Origin: a virus
Lineage: Duplodnaviria; Caudoviricetes
IMG/VR virus record: IMGVR_UViG_3300033489_000015
Location: 1-47,631 of that record
Length of the DNA: 47,631 bases
Strand: one strand, 5' to 3'
A program made the position numbers and the translations under genes. The notes beneath the pieces are model-generated. The model was given only the letters and a program-made list of their open reading frames with translations, ran no database searches and was not told where the DNA came from. Of this stretch, positions 8,570 through 17,657 are shown piece by piece (the first letter of the stretch is position 1; the number at the start of each line of letters is the position of its first letter).

Positions 8570-11500
8570 GCGTTTTGGACCAGGGCATTGATCTATTATC
8601 CAAAGAGGAGGCGTCCCAGCCGCATTCGGCCCTAGACGTGGCGGAGACCCTATTGGAACAGGAAGAACTCCAGCCGGTTCAAACGAATCCATTTCCCTTC
8701 ATAAGTACGGCCATTAAGCCGGATGCGACCCAATACCAATCGTGGCGGCAGGTAACGGATACTCCGCTTGTGATGCCAGACATGGAGCCGGGCGCTTTGC
8801 GACGCCAGGCGGAAGAGATCCTAAAAATATCAGACGATCTGGTCATGCCTCTTTCCGTAACCATGGAGCACTATGATGCCCTGGTTGCGGACCCAAAGGA
8901 CATCCCCAGGCTTCAACCTCCTCCGGCAGACGAGATCCCAACGATCGGACCCCACGAGCCAACAGCCTGGCAGCAATTCAAGAACTTTTTCGTATCGGAC
9001 TGGGACAATCTGCCACCAAATCCAGACCGGATAGAGGTCATACACCGAGCGATGCAAGAGACGGCGGGGGCGCCTCTTCACATTGGACTAAAGGCTTTCA
9101 ACGCTCTGCTTCTCGGTCCTGCGGATTTGGCCTGGGCCACAATCAAACGATCCACTCCCAAGGAGGAATGGGATACTGAATACATGAATCTGACTCTTTC
9201 GGACGCCTTGGACAAGGCCATGGGATACCATCCGTCCGGTTTTATCAAGGCCACCGGAGATTTGGCGGACCTCCTTGGTAGAATGAAGACGATTCGAGGC
9301 CTTCTTGATCCTTATAGGATCTTCAGGAGGGCCCATACCATAATGAACCAGGTCCATGAAGGCGCCGTTCTCTTTGGCCTCGCCACGGCAAGCGAGGAAA
9401 TCGGCAAGGAGTTGAACACGGCCATTGATCCCACGGAAACGGACTACGGCTATGAGGGATCGACTGCCGTCCTGCGAGATACGATCATGGGCGGGATCTT
9501 GGGGGGAACCCTGGGATATGGCATGGAGGCCCTCTGGGGGGCAATGAATCCCTCTGAATACCGGATGGCCCTGGCTTTGCTTGGCCTTAAAGAGGGGGCC
9601 ACCAAACAGGAGATCAATCGCGCCGCCGCAAGAATGAGCAAACAGTATAAGCCCAGTCAGATCAAGAAGATGACGGACAATTTTCTGGCGTTTACCAGGG
9701 CCAGAGAGACTCTGATGGCTGGAGAAGAGAAGAAAATCGTCGTCCGGGGCCAGTCTGTGACGGTCAAAGGAAAAGCCGAGCCACCCGAACTCGCCGAGGC
9801 TGGACCGCCCGCCACAGAGGCAACGGCAGAGGCTACGCGGGCCGCTATCAAGCCAAAGGCCGTTCCTGGGACGGTTGAGACTACCCCAGAGATCGTGCCT
9901 CCTGGGGCCATTGAGAGGCCTTCTGAGGCAAAAATCGCCATTATGGCCGAGCAGAGGGCAGGAACGACGACTCCCCGTGAGCCTACTGGCGAAGCGGCTC
10001 CGGCCCCCAGCACTCCCCCTCCCAGTCCGCAGGGCAAAGGACAGGCCCCCTCCGCCCCTGGGGCACGGACAGAACCTCTCTCTATCCAGGACCAATTCAA
10101 GGCTCGCCTGGAGAATCCCTTCGCGCGCCATGACGCCCTTGGCGCGGTGAATGTGGAGCCCCTACAGGAATTGGTCTCTGCTGGAGATCAGAAACTAGAG
10201 ATTGCCGGTCAGTGGGTCAATGAGGTTCTCGATGCCTTGCGGTTCTATCCGAACGCACCGGCTCCCATGCGAAATGATGTCCGAACAGACCTGATCGGCG
10301 GGAACTCCCAGGACGCTCAATGGGTGGAAAAGGATCTTCGCGGATTCATCCTGGGAGGCCTCAAGAAGGCAGATGTGGAACAGGCTCGCAAGATCATCTG
10401 GACAAGAGACGCTCTATCTCGCCAAAAACGGGGGATAGGCAATCCAACAAAGACCGCCGATGAGGTTCAATTGGAGTTGGACCGACTCGAAACGGAAGCG
10501 ACAGCCCCCGCCCTCCAGGCCGCCGATCAGGCTACGTTGATCCACGGCATAGCGGAAAAGAGACTGATTGACCTGAAATTACTCGATCCTGACAAACTCA
10601 TTCCCGGTCACCTGCGACACTATGTCGTTCAGTATACACCCGAATTCGCCCCCACAGCGGGAATTCCCACCCGCCTTCGGACGCCTCGGAGGGGTTATCT
10701 TAGGCGGGCCACGGAGAATGACGCCGCTTATCGTCAAACGTGGGATGCTTACTTTCAGTCCATCCGAGAGATCCTGTACGACAACCGGATTGAGTCATTC
10801 ATCAAACGGCAGGCGGCCAAGTATGATCGTCTGGCCGGCATGACGTCGGAAGAAAAAGCGGCCGCCTTCGGAACAGACGCCCTCGGCAGGTCGCTTCGTC
10901 CTAACCCCGGACATAGGTATACCGTTGGAGATCAGGTCTATTGGGGCTACAGTCCCGATGCACCCTTTAGTCGGACGATCTACCTCAGCGAAGAAGGCCA
11001 GCCCACTTTGGGCCAGCACAAGAATGTCAGTCTTTTGCCCGAAGATGTTTATCAGGTCTTCCAGAGTTTCAGTGCCAAGGGCGAGGGCGGATTGGCCGGT
11101 CGCTTTGTTTATTTAACCAATGTCGGGACCCGCTGGTGGAAATCATTGGCTATCTATAGTCGTCTGCCCGGTTTCACGATCAATAATCTGCTGGGCGATA
11201 CGGCAGTAGCCCTTCTCCAGCATCCCAAACCCTGGCAACTTCTCAAGGGATATCAGGCGACCATTCAGCACATGCGCGGCCAGGGCGATCCCAAGTTTGC
11301 CGCATGGTTGATCGACAACGACATCGAAACTGGCCTTCTTCGGGGCGAGATATGGAATCATCATAAGGGCCATCTCGGCAAGTTGCTCAAGTACATCAAT
11401 ATCGCCGAGGACGCCCGTGAGAACTTCAACCGAGACGCCTACGCCTGGACCCTATGGGATTCCATGCGGAGTCGTGGGCCTATCAAACCAGGCGATCCCA

Positions 11501-12804
11501 TACCAGGGGCCGACATGGTCAAGGCCCACGATTGGATCGACACGAAAGGATTGTCCATCAGTGACGCCTTGGGAAAGATCGCCAGAGAGGTGGAGACAGA
11601 TTACCAGGCCAAGTCCAAGGAATGGCGCCGGTACATCTCGGGCGCTGCGGCCCCCTTTGGAACCTGGTATCTGGACACGACGGCCAGGCTGGCGAGATGG
11701 GGATACCATCACCCGATCAAGGCCCTGATCGCGGCGGAAAGTCTTCCTGTGGCCTCGAATCTGTGGAACTATCGCAATGATGAAAGCGCCGAAATCGAAC
11801 GAAATCATCCGGACTATATTCGGAATCGCGTCCACTTTAACTTTGGGAAGTTGCCTAACGGCAAAGCCCTGACGTGGTGTCCGCAATGGTTAGGTGACGC
11901 TTTGATAGGCACAAAGGTGTTTTCGATTGCCACCGACTATGCAGGACGGGCCGCCCGTGGAGAGATGACGCCAAAGGATGCCGCAACAGAAACGCTCTCG
12001 CATTGGGGGGTGGCCGAGGCTCGCGGGGCAACGCTATTACTCAATCCAATGGTCCGATTCGTTAATGGTTTGATTGCCCGGCGAGATCCTTATGATGGCG
12101 CGCCCATCTATTCGAGCGAGCCGGATAAGTTGACGGCTCTTCGCAAATATGAACAGGACTTCATGTTCCTTATGAAGACGTTCGTGCCCCCCCTTGGAAC
12201 TTTCGTTCAGTCCCAGGAAAAAGGGTTGCCCTTGGACGTGGCCACGCAAAAACTGTACGAAAGTTGGGCGGGTAAGGGAGTCTTTGGCTTTTATGAGGTT
12301 GGCCCCAAGGGAGAACTCCTCGTTGATATCAATGGGCGCAAGGTGAAGCTCGACAGCGACAATATGGCCGAGATGAAAGACTGGGGCAGAGAGGAATATG
12401 TCTGGTTTGATGATGTCCAGATGGCCTTTGTGGATGAAGGCGTGAGGCCGGAAGACTTTATCAATACTCCGCGCTACATGGATCTTTTGGTCAAATTGTA
12501 CGACACCAAGGCCAAGACGGACACCTCTTTGGTTGAAACGGAATCCGGCCCGGCCAAGGCGGCCAAGATAGAGGAAACACTCGGCCCGAATCGAATTGCC
12601 GCCAACCTCCTGGAACCCTCCGTGTTGTCCAGGTGGAAGACGACTCAACTGGCCAGGGCAAATACGGAGGACGAACAGAGGCGCATAGCAGAACAGATGA
12701 AGAGTTTCAATACGTTGTCCCTGATGGAGGCATTCAAGCGCCAGCCGATATCCGTCAGGGGTCCGTATATACAGGAACTTCTCAAGAAGGAACAAAAGAA
12801 ATGA
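8566..12804 (+). CDS. Large internal virion/ejection protein containing a degenerate J-domain-like segment
   Basis: 1412 aa; last of the three ejection-position genes; Pro/Glu-rich linker; segment LALLGLKEGATKQEINRAAARMSKQYKP...F...RARETL. Confidence 0.65.
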   Translation: MSVLDQGIDLLSKEEASQPHSALDVAETLLEQEELQPVQTNPFPFISTAIKPDATQYQSWRQVTDTPLVMPDMEPGALRRQAEEILKISDDLVMPLSVTMEHYDALVADPKDIPRLQPPPADEIPTIGPHEPTAWQQFKNFFVSDWDNLPPNPDRIEVIHRAMQETAGAPLHIGLKAFNALLLGPADLAWATIKRSTPKEEWDTEYMNLTLSDALDKAMGYHPSGFIKATGDLADLLGRMKTIRGLLDPYRIFRRAHTIMNQVHEGAVLFGLATASEEIGKELNTAIDPTETDYGYEGSTAVLRDTIMGGILGGTLGYGMEALWGAMNPSEYRMALALLGLKEGATKQEINRAAARMSKQYKPSQIKKMTDNFLAFTRARETLMAGEEKKIVVRGQSVTVKGKAEPPELAEAGPPATEATAEATRAAIKPKAVPGTVETTPEIVPPGAIERPSEAKIAIMAEQRAGTTTPREPTGEAAPAPSTPPPSPQGKGQAPSAPGARTEPLSIQDQFKARLENPFARHDALGAVNVEPLQELVSAGDQKLEIAGQWVNEVLDALRFYPNAPAPMRNDVRTDLIGGNSQDAQWVEKDLRGFILGGLKKADVEQARKIIWTRDALSRQKRGIGNPTKTADEVQLELDRLETEATAPALQAADQATLIHGIAEKRLIDLKLLDPDKLIPGHLRHYVVQYTPEFAPTAGIPTRLRTPRRGYLRRATENDAAYRQTWDAYFQSIREILYDNRIESFIKRQAAKYDRLAGMTSEEKAAAFGTDALGRSLRPNPGHRYTVGDQVYWGYSPDAPFSRTIYLSEEGQPTLGQHKNVSLLPEDVYQVFQSFSAKGEGGLAGRFVYLTNVGTRWWKSLAIYSRLPGFTINNLLGDTAVALLQHPKPWQLLKGYQATIQHMRGQGDPKFAAWLIDNDIETGLLRGEIWNHHKGHLGKLLKYINIAEDARENFNRDAYAWTLWDSMRSRGPIKPGDPIPGADMVKAHDWIDTKGLSISDALGKIAREVETDYQAKSKEWRRYISGAAAPFGTWYLDTTARLARWGYHHPIKALIAAESLPVASNLWNYRNDESAEIERNHPDYIRNRVHFNFGKLPNGKALTWCPQWLGDALIGTKVFSIATDYAGRAARGEMTPKDAATETLSHWGVAEARGATLLLNPMVRFVNGLIARRDPYDGAPIYSSEPDKLTALRKYEQDFMFLMKTFVPPLGTFVQSQEKGLPLDVATQKLYESWAGKGVFGFYEVGPKGELLVDINGRKVKLDSDNMAEMKDWGREEYVWFDDVQMAFVDEGVRPEDFINTPRYMDLLVKLYDTKAKTDTSLVETESGPAKAAKIEETLGPNRIAANLLEPSVLSRWKTTQLARANTEDEQRRIAEQMKSFNTLSLMEAFKRQPISVRGPYIQELLKKEQKK

Positions 12805-13031
12805 CCGGCCAGGAACTCCGTCGCATTCGCCTGGCGTGCGGCCTGTCCGCGCCCAAGTTCGCCAGGGCCGTCAAGCGATCCCTCTGGACCGTAAAGCAAT
12901 GGGAAAAGGGGACTTATCGGATACCCCCCTGGGTCGAGCCGTTCGTCGCAAAGATGAAACGAGCCGCCCGCGTCCATTACGATCCCCAGACGGATATCGA
13001 GAAGTACGCAGTACAAAGACCGATCTTCTAA
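12801..13031 (+). CDS. XRE/Cro-family HTH protein (76 aa)
   Basis: MTGQELRRIRLACGLSAPKFARAVKRSLWTVKQWEKG; ATG at 12801 overlaps the previous stop (ATGA). Confidence 0.8.
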   Translation: MTGQELRRIRLACGLSAPKFARAVKRSLWTVKQWEKGTYRIPPWVEPFVAKMKRAARVHYDPQTDIEKYAVQRPIF

Positions 13032-13054
13032 CATCTTCTCATCACCCTCCTCCT

Positions 13055-13082
13055 AAACCAGCCCCCTTGGCTGGTTTTTTCT
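13055..13082 (+). terminator. Intrinsic terminator ending the late operon
   Basis: AAACCAGCC-ccctt-GGCTGGTTT hairpin running into a T-tract. Confidence 0.75.
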
Positions 13083-13093
13083 CTGTTTTCCTC

Positions 13094-13122
13094 TTGATGC
13101 CTCTGACGGTCGGCGATAGTCT
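13094..13122 (+). promoter_or_regulatory. Sigma70-like promoter, twin of 27665..27693
   Basis: TTGATG-N17-TAGTCT, followed 7 nt later by GCCATGACAATGA exactly as at 27701. Confidence 0.6.
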
Positions 13123-13192
13123 CCCGTTAGCCATGACAATGACTGCTTGATCTATTCTAAGGTAACTTGAAAATCCAAGAAGGAGCTTGTAT

Positions 13193-13414
13193 ATGTGTGC
13201 ATCACGAGGGGACTGGCATTTCGACGAAGAGATAGACAACTCAAAAAAGATATATTACGAGCGAGTTTATCCCGGAGCGATTGAATTGATATTGAAATGC
13301 GTCTGCGGCGGGGGGGAGTTTGAAATAACGAACGACGGAGTTTTTACAACTTATGTAAGATGTGTAAAATGCAGAACGATGAAGAAATTTCACAAGTCTA
13401 TGCCACCTTATTAA
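13193..13414 (+). CDS. Small AT-rich Zn-ribbon-like protein (moron-like)
   Basis: AAGGAG RBS; CxC...CxxC; has its own upstream promoter. Confidence 0.55.
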   Translation: MCASRGDWHFDEEIDNSKKIYYERVYPGAIELILKCVCGGGEFEITNDGVFTTYVRCVKCRTMKKFHKSMPPY

Positions 13415-13461
13415 ACAATGAGGCGCGGCATGTCCGAGTGAAATAAATTATTATTTTCTTG

Positions 13462-13491
13462 TTGACGGCCGCAACACAAACGTATTACATT
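13462..13491 (+). promoter_or_regulatory. Possible sigma70 promoter for the recombination/replication operon
   Basis: AT-rich UP-like tract, then TTGACG-N18-TACATT. Confidence 0.45.
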
Positions 13492-13497
13492 ATGATT

Positions 13498-13650
13498 ATG
13501 AAGTCGAAAACAATTCAAGTTAGAGTAAGCAAGAGCGAATGGGATTGGTTGAATAAAGAAGCCGCCCGGCTCAGGAAGATCGGCGACGATGACGACGATC
13601 GGAGCAAGGTGGTTCGCCGGGCGATCATGGAGTATAGGGCAAAACATTGA
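13498..13650 (+). CDS. Ribbon-helix-helix (Arc/CopG-like) regulator
   Basis: KTIQVRVSKSEWDWLNKEA...RSKVVRRAIMEY fits the RHH pattern. Confidence 0.7.
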   Translation: MKSKTIQVRVSKSEWDWLNKEAARLRKIGDDDDDRSKVVRRAIMEYRAKH

Positions 13651-13664
13651 CAAGAGGAGGCAAA

Positions 13665-14345
13665 ATGAAGGCTGTTACGGGCTGGTGGTTTTCCGCCGGT
13701 AAAGTTTTGCCACACGGCGACAACAGGAAGATTCGGCTCGGCATCACGCATCACGTTGATGGTGATATCGTCCTATGCCAGCATGGCTTACACCTGTCCG
13801 TGCGACCCCTGGATGCTCTTAAATATGCGACCAGCCCCATCATATGGCGAGTGCGGGGCAGTGGCGTCATCGTAGCAGGATCGGATAAATGTGCTTGTTC
13901 GGACCGCACCTATCTGGCCGGCGGCATTGACGTGACTGACGTGCTTCGCAAATTCGCCAGGCTATGTGTCCTTGATGTGATCCATCTATGGAAGGCGCCC
14001 GACGTAGTAGTAAAATATCTGCGTACGGGTGATGAAAACCTGCGGGCCGCTACCAGTGTCTTAGCCGGGGCCGCCGGGGCCGCCGGGGCCGCCGCCTTTG
14101 CCGCCTTTTGGGACGCTACCGGGGACGCTACTGGGACCGTTACCAGGGCCGCCGGGTACGCCGGGGCCGCCGGGGCCGCCTTTGCCGCCGCCGGGGACGC
14201 CGCCTTTGACGCCGCCTTTGCCGCCGCCTTTGCCGCCGCCGGGGCCGCCGGGTACGCCTCCAGGGCCGCCGCCGGGACCAAGCAGAATTCTCGTCTTAAT
14301 CGAATGTTGCTCCACGCCATTCGCGGGGCCAGGCATAGACGCTGA
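13665..14345 (+). CDS. Phage protein of DUF7666-like type with an Ala/Gly-rich repeat tail
   Basis: GAGGAGG RBS; LCQHGLH...PLDALKYA motif; AAGAA/AAFAA repeats. Confidence 0.65.
   Translation: MKAVTGWWFSAGKVLPHGDNRKIRLGITHHVDGDIVLCQHGLHLSVRPLDALKYATSPIIWRVRGSGVIVAGSDKCACSDRTYLAGGIDVTDVLRKFARLCVLDVIHLWKAPDVVVKYLRTGDENLRAATSVLAGAAGAAGAAAFAAFWDATGDATGTVTRAAGYAGAAGAAFAAAGDAAFDAAFAAAFAAAGAAGYASRAAAGTKQNSRLNRMLLHAIRGARHRR
14063..14277 (+). repeat. GC-rich coding repeats (GCCGCCGGG / GCCGCCTTT units)
   Basis: Visible in the sequence; encodes the Ala-rich tract. Confidence 0.8.
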
Positions 14346-14371
14346 TTCAACACAGCAAAGAAGGAGATCTT

Positions 14372-14677
14372 ATGGCGAAGAGAAAACCAAAGTCAGACAA
14401 TCAACCAGCACTGATCGACGTGGGGCCGAAGCAGTCAAAGAAAATCGCCAAGAAGGCGAAGGCGTACCGGGCGGTTATGCTCGAGCGCCAGTCGATTCTT
14501 GAACAGGAGATCCAGCTCAAGAAAGAGCTGCTGGGCCTGATCGGCGAAGAACATCTTCAGCGCACAGAGGGCGGCAAGATTCAGTTTCGCGTGGACGGCA
14601 TGACGATTACTGTGACGCCGAGAGACGAACTGGTCAGGATCAAAGAAGACAGTGACGGTGACGCAGAAGAAGAATGA
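14372..14677 (+). CDS. Hypothetical protein (basic N-terminus, coiled coil, acidic tail)
   Basis: AAGGAG RBS; 101-aa ORF. Confidence 0.7.
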   Translation: MAKRKPKSDNQPALIDVGPKQSKKIAKKAKAYRAVMLERQSILEQEIQLKKELLGLIGEEHLQRTEGGKIQFRVDGMTITVTPRDELVRIKEDSDGDAEEE

Positions 14678-14752
14678 CCCCGGTTCGGCAAGAAGGCTTG
14701 GGGGGTCACGGAGGGCCTACCGGGGGTTTGCTCTTTTGTAACGGAGAACAGC

Positions 14753-15100
14753 ATGGGAACAAAATCAGAGTATCCGAAAGAGGGTGGGGGACAAGCCTTT
14801 CCGGGAATGCAAGGTCAAACCGTAGCGGGCACTTGGTGGGAACCAGGACAGAACCTTCGCGCCTATGCCGCCATCCAACTTCGCGTCCCCGACAGCGGGA
14901 TAGACTGGCTCGATGCTATGATCCGAGAGAAGGCAAGGCGGGATCTGGCGGGGCAGGCAATGCAAGGATTGATATTCCATTTGAGGGAGGAAGATGTCCG
15001 GGAGCACGAAGGCGACCTAGACCTAGAGCGGGATTGGTCTGCTTGGGCGTTCCTCTTTGCCGATGCCATGCTGGCCGAACAGGAGAAATCCCATGTGTGA
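14753..15100 (+). CDS. Conserved phage hypothetical protein (AFP...LR.Y.A...AMQG...ADAMLAE type)
   Basis: GGAG RBS; recognisable motif set. Confidence 0.7.
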   Translation: MGTKSEYPKEGGGQAFPGMQGQTVAGTWWEPGQNLRAYAAIQLRVPDSGIDWLDAMIREKARRDLAGQAMQGLIFHLREEDVREHEGDLDLERDWSAWAFLFADAMLAEQEKSHV

Positions 15101-15338
15101 CCACAAGCGATTCGATAATGACGATTACTGGGACGATGTCAGACGGGCCAAAGAGGACCGGCGGATACTGCCGCATCCGATGAGTCCTGCTTTCGATACG
15201 ACCCAGCCCGACGATTGCGTTCCCGTGATCGAGGACATGGTCCAGGGTATGATATTGGTCTCATTGTCTACCTCCTCTGAGGGGGCCAGCCCTTCTCGTT
15301 CGCATCGGGCTGGCCCCAGCTTTGATTTGAAAGGATAG
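15093..15338 (+). CDS. Hypothetical protein
   Basis: AGGAG upstream of the ATG at 15093; fills the gap in the operon. Confidence 0.35.
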   Translation: MCDHKRFDNDDYWDDVRRAKEDRRILPHPMSPAFDTTQPDDCVPVIEDMVQGMILVSLSTSSEGASPSRSHRAGPSFDLKG

Positions 15339-15342
15339 AACC

Positions 15343-16191
15343 ATGCCGCTGACACAAGCACAGATTGAAAAACGACGCGAAGGCCTGGGGGCCTCGGATA
15401 TGTCCGCAGTGTTGGGCCTCGATCCATTCCGAACCGCCTTTGATGTCATGGCCGAGAAGCAGGGGCTATTGGATCCCGAGAAGGACGGCGCAAGGCCATG
15501 GCTGGAGGCGGGCAACCTCCTGGAGCCCGCTATCCTCGAATGGGCCAGACTGCATATCGGACAACTAATCGTACCGCCCGAAGCCATCCGAGATCCCAAG
15601 GGCTCGTGCCTGGCCGCGAACCCCGATGCCATCGTGGTGGCTACGGGCCATCCCATCGAGGCCAAGAGCCACCTGACCTACACGGACGAGCACTGGGGGG
15701 ACGATGGGACCGACGACATACCGCCGAGGGTCGTCATCCAGGCCATGACCCAGATGATGTGCCTGGACCAGCCGGAATGCCAGGTCGTGGCCCTCCTGCC
15801 CGTCCGACTGTTCGTGCCGTTCGTGGTGAGATTTGACCCCGAGCTGGCCGATCAGATCAGGCAGGCCGCCGATGAGTTCTGGAAATTGCGGCTGGCCGAC
15901 CAGATGCCCGACGCCCTGCCCTCGCCCGGGATCATCAAGCGGCTCAAGCGGGAACCCAAGACCATCGTGACCGTGCCCGACGAGGTATTCGTCGCGGCCA
16001 AGGACGCCCGGCTGGCCCGCCTGCATGCCGAGTTCGCCGAGAAGGCTGCTCTGGCCAAGTTGATGCAGAAGATGGGGACCGCCGAGGCCGCTCGATGCAG
16101 CCAAGGGACATTTACGTACTTACTCCAGCAGCGTGCTGGTTATACCGTTGACCCGACCGAGTACCGGGTCGGAAGATTTAAGAAGGCTTAA
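15343..16191 (+). CDS. YqaJ/lambda-exonuclease-family recombination nuclease
   Basis: RREGLGASD, GNLLEPAI, ANPDAI, IEAKS and QAMTQM motifs. Confidence 0.9.
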   Translation: MPLTQAQIEKRREGLGASDMSAVLGLDPFRTAFDVMAEKQGLLDPEKDGARPWLEAGNLLEPAILEWARLHIGQLIVPPEAIRDPKGSCLAANPDAIVVATGHPIEAKSHLTYTDEHWGDDGTDDIPPRVVIQAMTQMMCLDQPECQVVALLPVRLFVPFVVRFDPELADQIRQAADEFWKLRLADQMPDALPSPGIIKRLKREPKTIVTVPDEVFVAAKDARLARLHAEFAEKAALAKLMQKMGTAEAARCSQGTFTYLLQQRAGYTVDPTEYRVGRFKKA

Positions 16192-16206
16192 TTAGAGGAG
16201 ATACCC

Positions 16207-17337
16207 ATGACAGAGACAGATAAAAAAGAGACTGCCATCGCCAAGCCAGCCGTGTCTGTACTGGCCGGGCAGGGGGTGGCTATCACAACCATCGAAGAGG
16301 CTTATCGAGTGGCTACAGGGTACAGCCGATCCAGTCTGGTCCCGGAGGTGTTCCGGGGAAAGCCCGATGACTGTTTTGTGGCTATCGAACTGGCCATGAG
16401 GCTCAAGAAATCTCCGTGGGCCGTCATGCAATCTCTGTATATAGTTCATGGCAGACCGGGATTTGAGGGCAAGTTCATCATCGGACTCATCAATGACAGT
16501 GGCCTATTCACAGACCCGCTGGAGTTTGAAGTCGATGGCGACGACCCCTTTGACGAAGGATATCGCGTCCGGGCCGTGGCCACGCGGATCAAGACGGACA
16601 AAGTATTGGAGGGACCCTGGATTGACTGGCGACTGGTCAAGGCCGAGGGATGGGACAAAAAGACCGGCTCCAAGTGGCTGACGATGCCAGGTCTGATGTT
16701 CCTGTATCGTGCCGCCTCCTGGTTCTGCAACGCCTATTGCCCAGAGGTCAAACACGGCATGGCTGAGGCCACCGAACTGGAAGACGTCGGGCCTCGTTAT
16801 GTCGAATCTCAAGAAATCAAGGGCGTTGCTGGCGTCAAGGAGACACTGAAGGCCAGGAAGGTCAACGACAAGCCCGTTTCTTCCAGAGGCGGCGAATCCT
16901 CGACGACTGCCGGCTTGGAGCCGGAGCCTGTCAAGGACCAAGGCCGTGGGGGGGCTGACGATACCCGCGAAAGCATCGTCCAGCCCCCTCCCGCCCCTCT
17001 ATCCACAGAGGAGGCCGAGCAGAGGTTTCCTTTAACCGGTCAGCAAGGTCTTGATGCCAGGGCGATAGAGCAGGAGGAACTGTTCGTCTGCCTGATGTGT
17101 AAGAGCAAGAACCGGCCCTGCGAGTATACGGCAGGCCAGATCGCCGACGCGGCAGGCAAGTGTCCGCGGTGTCTGACCGCCAAGGACCTTGTGCCGAAGT
17201 CAGAGGCAGAGGATGCCCCGGCCAGCCCCAAGAAGGAACCAAAGGCAACCGTCCGATGTCTGGCCTGCAAGAAGGAGTACCCCGTGAAGCCTGCGGCCTG
17301 CGAGTGCGGGTCGCGGCTCGGGTTTAAGAAGCTGTGA
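16207..17337 (+). CDS. RecT-like single-strand annealing protein with two C-terminal Zn-ribbons
   Basis: GKPDDCFVAIELAMRL..SPWAVMQSLYIVHGRP and W..MP.LM..YRAA; follows the exonuclease; CxxC..CxxC and CxxC..CxC at the C-terminus. Confidence 0.75.
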   Translation: MTETDKKETAIAKPAVSVLAGQGVAITTIEEAYRVATGYSRSSLVPEVFRGKPDDCFVAIELAMRLKKSPWAVMQSLYIVHGRPGFEGKFIIGLINDSGLFTDPLEFEVDGDDPFDEGYRVRAVATRIKTDKVLEGPWIDWRLVKAEGWDKKTGSKWLTMPGLMFLYRAASWFCNAYCPEVKHGMAEATELEDVGPRYVESQEIKGVAGVKETLKARKVNDKPVSSRGGESSTTAGLEPEPVKDQGRGGADDTRESIVQPPPAPLSTEEAEQRFPLTGQQGLDARAIEQEELFVCLMCKSKNRPCEYTAGQIADAAGKCPRCLTAKDLVPKSEAEDAPASPKKEPKATVRCLACKKEYPVKPAACECGSRLGFKKL

Positions 17338-17348
17338 GGAGGTAGATT

Positions 17349-17657
17349 ATGAACACGATTGAAGTCAAGTACAGGGTCGGCGATGTGGTGGTCTTGCAGG
17401 TTGGCATGCAGTGCCCCCAGGTCTGCGTGGTTGATACGATTATCGCAAAAAAGGAGACCACGAAATATCACCTACGCGATTCTTCTGGCCGGGGACAGGA
17501 CTGCCATTTTATTGCAGATCTGATGTCCCCAGGCGAGTGGCTCGCTTGGAAGCTGGAGCAACTCAAGCGGGAAACCGCCTCTGCATTCGCCACGTACCAG
17601 ACCTTGGTCCGTGACGCCGAGTCACTGGAGCGCAGAGTAAAGGAGAAAGGCCAATGA
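17349..17657 (+). CDS. Hypothetical protein
   Basis: GAGGAGG RBS; overlaps the next start. Confidence 0.65.
   Translation: MNTIEVKYRVGDVVVLQVGMQCPQVCVVDTIIAKKETTKYHLRDSSGRGQDCHFIADLMSPGEWLAWKLEQLKRETASAFATYQTLVRDAESLERRVKEKGQ

Noticed and set aside
14061-14502. Collagen-like or Pro/Gly-rich ORFs (14098..14502 +, 14061..14336 -)
   Set aside because: Alternative-frame shadows of the GCC-rich Ala repeat in 13665..14345, which has the RBS and family motif.
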